DNA of 64,000 nt, from NCBI RefSeq assembly GCF_000150275.1, contig NW_002060946.1, positions 2,809,454-2,873,453 on the forward strand, in the 5' to 3' direction. The notes under the pieces were generated by a model. The model saw nothing but the letters and a program-made list of their open reading frames with translations. It was not told the DNA's origin and searched no databases. The position numbers were made by a program, and so were the translations under genes. Source of the DNA: Trichoplax adhaerens (lineage: Eukaryota > Animalia > Placozoa). Positions 53,276-64,000 of the stretch are shown here, piece by piece. Each line of letters opens with the position of its first letter. The stretch's first letter is position 1.

Positions 53276-56200
53276 ATGCGTTATATCGTGGTCATTCTTT
53301 ACTTGACCTTTACTGCCGCTCTAGCTTCTACTGCTGGCTTAAAAGAAAGTTACCGACACTTTGCTTACTTAGATGAAAATGAAAAGTTTCAAATGTATTG
53401 GACTGCAAATGATACTTTGCAAATGATTGATATCGCTATTGCAGTTCAGACTACAGGCTGGGTCGGTTTTGGATTCTCTCCTTATACCGGTAGAATGCCA
53501 GGCTCAGATGTAGTCATTGGTTGGGTTGATAATCAAGGAAAAATCTATTTACAAGTGCGTTAGCTAGAATGAACTGCTATTGTGTTTTATTATGTACTTA
53601 TCTACATGAAGTACATAATTCATAAAAGTCTGTTATGACTAGTATAACTGTCAATCTTTTCATTCTATACATAATTGCGTCGTAGAATTTAGTAAAATAT
53701 TTTATTAATTAAATGGATATGCTTAATAAATTATTGATCTCATGTAAAAGGATAGATTTGCGACTGGTCATACCGTTCCGGAATTAGATACACAGCAAGA
53801 CTATACTTTATTCGGCGGTGAAGAGACTAATGGCATGACTATACTAAAATTTAAAAGGAAATATGTAACTGGAGATAGTAAAGATTTAGCGATCGAGGTA
53901 TACAAAGTAATATTTAATATCGATCACAATTTTTGTTCTTGATATAGAAAGAATTTACTGTTTATCTTTCAATAAGCAGACAAGAATAGTGAAAATATAC
54001 AAATTTTTTGTTATTAAGACTAAGTTAAATTAGATAGTCTACGTATCTAAATTCTGTATGTTACTTTCTACCAAATGAAGCTTTAAGTTATAACACATGC
54101 TAGAGATGCGAAGTAATAAGTCTAATATGATTATCGAATTGGAAGGCGTTATGAAATGGACTACTTAAAGTTAATTTACATATTTTATGATTATTAATTA
54201 GGATGGTACAACTAAACTAATCTGGTCTTATCATACTGCTGATCCAACAGCACCCAATGTCTTTACCAAGCATGAATTTCAAGGGACACGAAGCATTAAT
54301 TTATTCAATAGAATTCCAGAATTCGATAAACCACCTTTGCCTAGTGATGTCCAATACGTTGATGTCTTAGCAAAAAATGTATGCCGGGTTCTCGATAATA
54401 AATTGTATATTTATATTTTTAACATTTTAATATAAGCTTGATAGATAATTTATAATCGTTCGCGATTTTATTATTTGGTAAATGATAGCTATAGACACGC
54501 TGAGCTCATTATAATGGTCTTTTTTCGTTAGATAACAATTCCAGCTCAGCATACAGTTTACTGGTGTACTGCTATCAAATTGCCAGAACTTAATAACACT
54601 GGTCATATCATTAAGGTAAGTTCTAATTCAAGTAAAAAGATCTTTAGAGTGAATAATTACTTTTACCTTTGTGGATTTGAAATAGTCTGAACTATACAAT
54701 ATTATTACATTATAACGTAGATCGCACCTAAATTGGTAAAAGGAAATGAAGCTCTCGTTCATCATATTTTGATCTACGATTGCATCTTTGAAGATCATTT
54801 TCATGGTGCTAGTCATGATTGTGACTCACGAAATATGCCATATGGTTTAAGGCGATGTCGAGGGGCAACAGTAATTGGAGCATGGGCTGTTGGTGGTGAG
54901 GTAAGCTATTTTTACAACACTTTAGATGGAGCAAAGCTACTATAGCTCTATTCATATTTCAGTTTAAAATATAATAGTCCCATGATTATGTTAAATTGGT
55001 TAGGAATTCCAAATCACTACGCGATAGACGGGTGCTTTCATTTGTTTCATTCCTATTTTTCTGAACTATTGATTTCCTATGTAACAAAAATCGTAGTAGG
55101 AATGCTTTATGCTTAGAAGCTTATAGCACATGTAATCAATTTCGATTAAAATTACATTTAGCCATTTTCTCTTCCCGCTCATGTTGGCTTACCCATTGGA
55201 GGATCATATGGTAGCAGATATGTTGTTATGGAAACACATTATGACAATCCTAATTTGTACTCAGGTTGTAGGGATTATAATATGCTCTTGAAGGATTTTA
55301 TTCAATCATCGAGCATGTCTGAATTTGATTGAGATGTAACCTATGACGTGAAGTAGAATTAAAGCTATTATTATATCTTGATTTGCGATGACAGGAATTA
55401 AAGATTCGTCCGGAATGAGATTTTATTATACCTCTCAGAAGCGTCAGTATGATGCTGGTATGCTGCAAATTGGTCAATCGGTTAATCCATTCCATATGAT
55501 TCCTGAAGGTCAAAAGACTTGGCAATCAGCTGGATACTGTCCAAGCTATTGCACTCAAAGGGTACTGTACAAACTATAGTAATAGTGAAATTAAGCAAGC
55601 TTGAATTCTAGCGGTAGAGTAATAATTTAATTTTTTTTAATTTGTGAAAAAAAGATTTAAAATCAAATTTACCATCATATCTTTTGCTTAAAAAGTTTAT
55701 TTCTCTGATTAGACCTTTTTTTTTAGCAAATTACCATTAACTTTTATGTAGATTTATGACCATTAGTACTGATATCAATAATTTTATGTTTACAAATATT
55801 AGAATCTCCCAGCAACCGGTATCAATATCATAGGATCAATATTGCATACCCATCTAGTTGGTAAGACGATAGCTATTCGTACCTGATATTTTGGACACTA
55901 AGGTTCTTTATGTAACTATTAACCAACACTATGTTTTATAGGTAGATCACTACAAGTTAAACATCATCGCCAAAAAAAGGAACTACCTTTCCTAGCTCAT
56001 AATCCTCATTATGATTTCAATTATCAAGACATCATGTTCTTAAAGAAGGAAAGAAAAGTATTACCGGTGAGGAAATGGCTGTAAATGCACGTCTGTCGGA
56101 CGTACCAGTAGCTATTCTGTTTATAAATGATAGCTTATGTTACTGATGAATTGACAAGGCTGGTTAACGGTTATGTATTAAAATCTTAATGGCAATTAAT

Positions 56201-57508
56201 CGTATTAGGGAGATCAAATGACTCTGATATGCGGCTACGACACTTCTAATAGATCCAAAATCACAGTTGTAAGTCACAAATTTTTCATTTTAATAGCGCA
56301 GGATTTTTGCTATTAAGAAATCAATTTGCGTCATACTTGCATCTCTGCTTACGCTGTACCTATAGCGAAGCAATTTGTTTACGTAAAAGTTTCAACAATA
56401 GAGCAACACCAATTGTCTAATTTTAACTGTATTAGATCACAGAACGAAATTTAATTTCTAATATCTATTAAAAATAGGATTAGTATCGTTATATAAACTT
56501 GATAGTGCTTGTCAATGATGTTATTGATTGAATTTAGGGTGGAATTAGTACCAGAAACGAAATGTGCTTGGCATATTTCTTGTACTATCCGATACAAGAA
56601 TTATCTGCTTGTATGTCCTACATTCCCTACGCATCATTTCTACCGTTTTTGAATTCATTAAGGGCGTAAGTACGAGATTTAAATGCGTATTATTGGGATT
56701 TAGATGAAGATATTGCAAAGTACATTACAGGTCAATCAGCTCATAATTCTTTTACAGCTACGCTTTGTAGTATATTTCATCCACATGTAATAGTCATTGT
56801 TAGATCAGAAGTGATATTAGCAGTTATCGTCTACTTCTTGTGCGATATTCTTGTATCTACAGACCCTTACCAGAAGCCGTTGCCTTACTTTTAGAAATAT
56901 CGACACAGCATCAAAAACTGATAATACACTTTAATTAATTAAAAATAAGCATGTTTTTCATAAGCTGACAAGTTTAAATTTTAGAAGATAGACTTTTGCG
57001 CTTTTAAACTGTATGTGAAAACTAGAATGTCATTATGTGTACAATTGATTGGAATAAAAAAGTTATAAATATTTCAATCTTTGCTAGAACTGGTCGAATA
57101 CCACCTTATAATGACTATCCCAGCAAGGCACCTTATGTATGGAATGTTCTTGAAAATGCAACGTTTGGCCAAGGCAAATACTTATCCACGTATCGCAAAT
57201 TGGAAAATGAACTTCCAATAAACCATTGGTGTGCAGCTCGGGGTCGAAGGCTGTTGCAAGAGGTAAGGAGATGAAAACAATTTCACCAAGTTCTGCAATT
57301 ATCACCACCGTTAATTGTCCTAAATTACGGCATCGATTACATCTCATTATTTGTTTTCTTTCTTAAATATCCGCAGAAATCTCGTATGGAAATAAAGGAT
57401 TTTGTTAAAACTAAAATCAATATGCCGACTACTAGTGGAGCGAGCCAAATTACATTTCTTAAGGCAATCCCTTTGATCGCAATGGTCTTGGCTTGTTACA
57501 TGGCTTAG
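53276..57508 (+). CDS. MOXD1-like: MOX6: DBH-like monooxygenase, ~604 aa, 13 coding exons, predicted GPI anchor
   Basis: Exons 53276-53554, 53751-53897, 54202-54378, 54532-54615, 54721-54900, 55162-55264, 55395-55561, 55803-55860, 55942-56066, 56209-56268, 56538-56665, 57088-57262, 57377-57508. Open 1815-nt frame with LVHHIL, ETHYDNP, LHTHLVG, NEMC. Closest paralogue of MOX5. Confidence 0.93.
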
Positions 57509-59780
57509 TATTTGCACTACTACAATTCCTAACTTAAATAACAGCGTACCTATATCACAACACAACCATACGATTACTTTATCTCTTAAATGTTCTACTG
57601 CATCGGCTCAAGCCTTTAACAAGGAATTATTATTTACATTCAATGTATGATCGTTCTTTTATTTATATCAAAACAGTACACGCGTAGATCTGATAGATTC
57701 TATCGTCATAGATTATTCTTCATCTAAATCTGGGATACATTTATCATTCATTAATGTGCATTAGCGACTAGGATTATATTCTACCTCATTTCATAGGGTG
57801 CCTAGGTATTTAATATATTGGTTTTAATATTGAGGTTATCGGCATCTGAGTAGATACAATTAGATATGTTTACTTGAGTATTTATAAAAATTTTAAATTA
57901 GGTATGTAGTAAAATGCTGGTTGAACTAGTTAGTGCAAGTTACAAGTAAATATGGAATAAAGTCATAATCTTTGCTATTATTGAATGGTAATAATAGCTC
58001 TGTTATGCAAATATTCAAAACTACTTTGAGTTTTATATTTGATCAAAAGCATCATTATAATCGCAATCGCATTTGCGTAATAGAATAATGTAAGCGACAA
58101 ACGTTTTTCTAAATATTTTAATGAACACAATTTAATTAAATTTCTCTAAGTATTTATATCGCAGTATAAAATTAAAGTACTACACATGCTCTTGTAATAG
58201 TAATCATGTAATGATATTGCGGAATGACAAAGGTAAACAGTACTTCAAGAGTCCAAAGTTAGGCACAGTTTTCCTGCGCATACTATCAATCCTTGCGACA
58301 CTTATTAATTCGTTCATCCTTAAATGCTTTACAAAAGCTTATTATTTTTACGATGATAGAAGTGAAATTTTCGATCGCAACATCATTTAAAATTTAGCCT
58401 TCTGTTACTTAGGATATTTTTTACGAGATGTAAGACGGAGTATTGCACTTTAAATGAACATAAATATTTAACGTTAATATGTAATTGTCGAAATCTATTT
58501 ATTCAAAACTGCTTTATCCGTGCTTAAGAAAACTGGCGGAGGTGATAGTTTTGCTAGGGTACTAGCAGTTAATTTTTGGTTTGATATCATTGCTAGCTTT
58601 CGCGGCATGTAAAGAATAGTAAGATGAACTTTTGCCTGTGTTTCATATATACATAGTTCTAATAGCTAGTAAGACCCTCCGTTCGTGATAGTTCGCATAC
58701 TTGTTTACTGAGTAAAATGTTTCAGTATAATCACTGACCTCTTATAAGCAAAGTGGCCAAATAAAACCCATTCTTCTACTAGGAGTAACAACATAGAAAA
58801 TGTTTAATACTTTTTATACATAATACATTTAATAACCATTCATAACCTAGAAATTTTCTCTGACCGTCTCAAATTATGTTCCGCTTGTAAATTATACTCG
58901 CCCTAATGGTAACGGAGCCGTTTCTAGGAGAGCTATCAATGACTTTACTAGGGATCGTATACCATGATGTTTAACAACTACACAGTCAATTTCTAGGCTA
59001 TTGAACTAGTTATCCCTCGGAAGTATCAACAATAGCAATATTAATGAGTTAAAGTAAGTGAGAGCAATTTTCTTTTAAGCTTTTAGCGTAATTATTATAC
59101 TACCATAAAAAAATATGTGTACTAGAGACTTTGAGTGAATAGTTATGGTATAGACGCTGATAAACAAATTTTTGTTGCGAATTTGAGGTGATTAAGTAAT
59201 AATGGAATCTTTAAGATTTAAGAGAATATACGTAGATCAAATTTAAACAACGTTTATAAACCTTAAAAGCACGACTATTACATCGATCACGAACTAATCT
59301 TGTGGGTAACGACTTGTTATTGTTAGTGACGATCAGAAGTGGCGATGCTAAGTTTCTGTAAACAGCAAATCTTTATTTTAAATTATTCTTAGCGATAATC
59401 AAAACTTCTTTAGTTACAGATTAAACTTATTGTATGTGGTTGATTAGTACAGATAAAATAGATATATAGATCAATATATGCTATACTGATAGTAAACGTT
59501 ATTCAACTTCATATTGTTCGTCTATCGCAGAGCAAGAGGGATGCAAGTCATAAAATGTAGTAAAATAATATAGCTCATTATACCAAAGCGTACAAATGAG
59601 AATATTGCCAGTAAAATAATCAAGCTACTTTATTCAAATTTTAGCATACCAATCTACGTGCAATTATTTTAATTCTAGTTCAATTTTCCACTGATGCACC
59701 AGTAAATAATATAATTCATCAGATTAAATAATAAAAATTGATTTAACCAGATTACTCTATCGAATCGAATTATAATTATA

Positions 59781-62700
59781 TTATATGCATTGCATTGATT
59801 GCATGGAATTCATCGATTTCATGTGACCTTTACACCAATCTACAATAGCACCCTCGTGTTTTTGCAGCCATTGTATATTTCTGTGAATACTATTCAGGAC
59901 ACCATTTTTATGTCTGATTAAATCAGGGTGTTTATCGAAAAACGTTGTCATCTAAATCATGAAGAAGAATTATGAAATATCTATACTGACCATAACGAAC
60001 GAATGATTCTTGATTTTAATAAGTACCACTGAAAAAGTGACAGTGGACCTGGACTTGTAGCATTCCAAAAATTAAAACTAAACCATTAATTCAGCTACAT
60101 CATATCTAATCTAGTTGATCTGTTTCAATCGGATAGTAGGGCAGTATATATATACTTCATTTAATACTTAAAATAAATTTAAATGATACTAAAATAGGTC
60201 AAAAAACTAGAACAAGTATGCGCTAAATATCCTTTAGTAACTTTCTTAATGATTATTTTCGAGAAGAACTTATATGTACCATACTGCATCATCAGTACTA
60301 TTTGTAATTAATAATTTTAAATGGATTTACTTTACGAATTACATGCAATATATTTAGAACAAAATCTTAGTAGCAACCTTAATTTTCTGAAGAAATAGTA
60401 AATTAATTTGATAACATCATAATCAAGTAGTTAAAAGTGGCCATAATAATTCCCCTTAAATAATCATGAAGTATATGGGGACTAATAGTTAGCTATCTTC
60501 ACTAAGCAAACGACATTACAATATGAATGTGTAATTCGACACTACAATAATTATAATTGAGCGTTTTCTGTGGTATATAAGCAAAATTAATTACGCAAGG
60601 AGTATTTAGAATAGAATCTATACTCGTAATAAAATTGGATGTAATTTTATCTTTATGGCTCACCTCCATATATTTCATTTTATTGTCAAATCGCTTGACG
60701 GAATTGTGAACTAGTCGTCCAAGTGTTGATAAGGAGCCGGTACTTTTATATCTAAATCGGAAAGATGGAGTGAGTAAAATTTAATTGTTTTTGCCTAGTC
60801 TGCTTTCAACGGATAAATCTGGGTGTACTAGCCATTTATGACAAGGATTTACTACTAATCTTCACAACCATTTAAGAAAATTTTATTATCAGACCTTATT
60901 ATGCGATGTATAATTAAAGATAATAAGCTGAAACTGGAGATTTAAACCGCAATCTGGATTAGTTTGGCCTTACTTACATGGAATAGAAAGTTTGGAAATC
61001 TCTCTTGAGGAATTCCCATGGAAGAAGCTTTCCAACTGATGTTGCAGCAACATTATCAAATACCATCTCTTTCTCGGAAGAAGACATTAATTTATCGTGC
61101 AATGCTTTATGAAGATACCTAGATTTCATTTAAAATTAATAATAATGCAAACGGAATATAGTTATACCATCATAGGAATGTCAAGTATCATTAGCGATTA
61201 CGAACTAGAATTTAAAGCTTTATTTCATCAATCTAATGACAATGGATACTTTTACGAACTTGAATATTAAGATTACAGGTATTCCATGTGTTACTATTAA
61301 AGCACACCGAATATAAGCTACCCTATAGTTTCTATTACTAGTTTGATGGAAGCTACAGTCCTTTCTCTATCATATAAGTCTATTAATACTATTAATCATT
61401 ATGATACTGACGTATTTAATAGCCATGGTTTTTGAGCTTGAGCTAATGCTTTGATGATGTCACGACGAATGAGAACACGGTGGGTAACATTTAATTTATT
61501 CCATAAATGATTGAAAGCCTTAGGTCCCATCGTGGCCACACCTGCTGCGTAAGTAGTATATCGAAGGGAAGGAGGAATTCTGGTATTAAGTAGAAAGTAT
61601 CAATCTGTTACGATGGAGCCGTTCTAACTTTAATTCTATCTAAAATCGTGAATTACGGATGAGCAGTTTCGTTCATCATCCAATCCATGAACAGCTTTGT
61701 TGCATTCATTTCGCAGCAGTGATCGCCGAGACGGCAAGCAATTTCCATTACTGATACTCTTAGTAACCTAAAAGAAATAAATATGATTTATCAATTAGCG
61801 CATTTCAAGATATTTCTTAAAATTTTAACCTATCAGTCTTATTCTAACATCACAGTAAAGAATTGGCTAAAACTATATTCTATAAAAACTAATTCCAGTC
61901 AATTAACTGAAGCATCAATTTTATGGTATTCTACTACCATACCTTTCCAAATGACTACCAGTATCTTGGAATCGTAATCTTCTTACTGTAGGATGTAATA
62001 ATTGCTTGTAGTAATGCTTAATAATCAGAATCATAAAAGTTAGGTGTAGATGGTGCATACAGCATCATAATTTGATCCAAAGGGAAAAGTATATATTTAC
62101 CAAAAAATGACCAAAACTCATCCTACTTTCAAGGCGATCAACTATTGGCTGTAATTTTTCTATTGCCGTATACCATGGTAAGAAATGAGTTTCGTTGACA
62201 AGATATTCTGTCAAAGCAAGACCGGTGCCAAATTTAATTCTTTCTGACCTAGTTTATCGAGAAAAATAATGATATTAGTGATATGGATAGAATTATGCTT
62301 AAAAGTCACCCATTTACTATGAAGTACAATAATCCTCTAGCATTTTCATAATTATGGCAAAAACAAGTACATAATATGAGCATTTAATTTCTTACTCAGC
62401 AAATGTCATTCCATCGTTGATTAGATTAGATCTATCTCTCTTGGTTAAACTCTAATGAAATAAAACGAATAATAAATTATCATATTAATGAACAGTATAC
62501 TTATTTAAGACTTCAATATCAGTAAATATATGGTTATGCAGATTGCCTTAGTGGTGCCATGCTATCAACTGAATTATTTCTTGCAGATATTATCAGTGTA
62601 CAATCTAAGAATTTTATATCGTATAGTAATTACTCCTCACTTAATATTATCTAGTATGATTAATATCGCCGTAATAGCGGTATATTGGATTGCTTCACAT

Positions 62701-63511
62701 TTTGGCTGCTGCATTTATCGTAAAATGATGTTTCAGTACTTACGAAAATATTAATATAAATATTCGTAGCTCAAGGAACTACTCACAGTAAGTAAGGTCA
62801 TGATTATATTAGCAGTTTTAGTCTTTCAGAGCTCAATATTTCCTTAGAACATTATTTTTTATCTAAGAATCTAAATTTTACTTCGAAGATGGATGAATGA
62901 TTATAATTGTCGAAACTTCTGCAAAAATTCAATAGATAAATTGCTTTGCCATCCATTTTAATTGAAAGCTGTGACAACTACCTTGTTATGAGTTTCTTAA
63001 TATAGGTGCAGCTTTCCATAATAGCTACTGCCCTACCGTACATGTGTTATAATCTTGAAACATAATCACTCAATAAAATGTCTAATCAATCAGTGTATGT
63101 AGCTTAAATATTTAAATAATATGGAAATTCTAATTTTTAGTCGTCGGTTTCGGACTTACACCGGGATTTCTTTTCATGGCTTCAGCTAGGCTTTTCCAGT
63201 TCTCTTCAGGATAGTTTACTCTGAAAAATCCATATGATTTCGTGTTAGCCTTAATCCACGCTCCTTGGGGCCAGTCAAAAGTCGTTTCGGCTAAAAATAT
63301 GCCATAGAATGAGTTTAATTATTCACATCAGTAATATTTTCAAATGATAGAATACTCTATAGAAATCTATGCGCTTTACTCTTTCATTTTAATTTCTGAA
63401 AGCTAAGAAAATAATCTAATAAAATTACCATCATTCATTTGAATTAGCTTATAGTGATTTTTAGATACGTTATTGCTCGAAAACCAGTTCATTGGGATTG
63501 TCCATTTATAT
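59781..63511 (-). CDS. ANPEP-like: APN2: second M1 aminopeptidase, 3' half only (last 10 exons); 5' part runs off the right end of the window
   Basis: Exons (minus strand) 63511-63429 (YKWTIPMNWF), 63290-63160 ([28 protein letters not shown]), 62451-62396, 62248-62101, 62016-61943, 61767-61657, 61579-61412, 61118-60978, 60751-60664, 59951-59781. Phases are the same and sizes nearly the same as APN1 exons 11-20, with no stops. None of these exons is in the supplied ORF track. Confidence 0.9.
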
Positions 63512-64000
63512 CTGCAGTTAGAGTTAAATAGGCAAATTAATATCTTATCATTCCTATACCATAATATCTAGCAGTACTAATCTAATCATAACGACATTTA
63601 AAATAAATAGCGACGTATTAACCACAGGAAACGAATACCGTTGACGATCTGCTAAAGTAAAAATGGTGAGCTCTTAGCTCTCGATAAAGTTCAGGAAACG
63701 TGTTTAATTTACCTTAACAATATTAATTTTATTAGTTCCCTACAGTAATGTATTAGTATGACTTTCTCAATGTCATATTTGTTGCTTTTTCTATGCTTTA
63801 ACGAAGCTAATGATTAAAATACTATTAACGTATATTTAAACCGAGACTGTTAAAACTCCTTGCCTGCTCATTTCGGGCGTTATTGTTTTGACGATGCGTT
63901 CGCTATTTAAAATACCCTTAAACTTTTTATGCCTTGCTATTAATCACTAGTGCTAAAATTTTACGCTTATTAATATCGAAACCATTATAATAAGACAAAA

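Noticed and set aside
54628-57565. Minus-strand ORFs at 54628, 55298, 57084, 57347
   Set aside because: Antisense shadows of MOX6 exons.
61783-62754. Plus-strand ORFs 61783..61977 and 62530..62754
   Set aside because: Lie antisense within APN2 introns/exons; no independent support.

Overview
AT-rich, intron-dense animal DNA. Composition, short introns and gene style suggest an early-branching metazoan such as a placozoan (inference, not proven). The window is a mixed tandem gene cluster in the order MOX1(pseudo,+) MOX2(+) MOX3(+, one frameshift) MOX4(+) APN1(-) MOX5(+) MOX6(+) APN2(-, 5' half outside the window). MOX1-6 and APN1-2 are my own labels. The MOX genes are copper type II (DBH/MOXD1-family) monooxygenases: signal peptide, DOMON domain, Cu2_monooxygen N and C domains with all copper ligands, and a C-terminal GPI-type signal. 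APN1 is a type II membrane M1 zinc aminopeptidase (GAMEN, HELAH-x18-E) and APN2 is its paralogue. The tail-to-tail MOX-> <-APN unit occurs twice, and the MOX genes of the two units differ by one precise intron. All exon boundaries were traced by hand from GT-AG sites and paralogue comparison. No RNA genes, CRISPR arrays or coding transposons were recognised.
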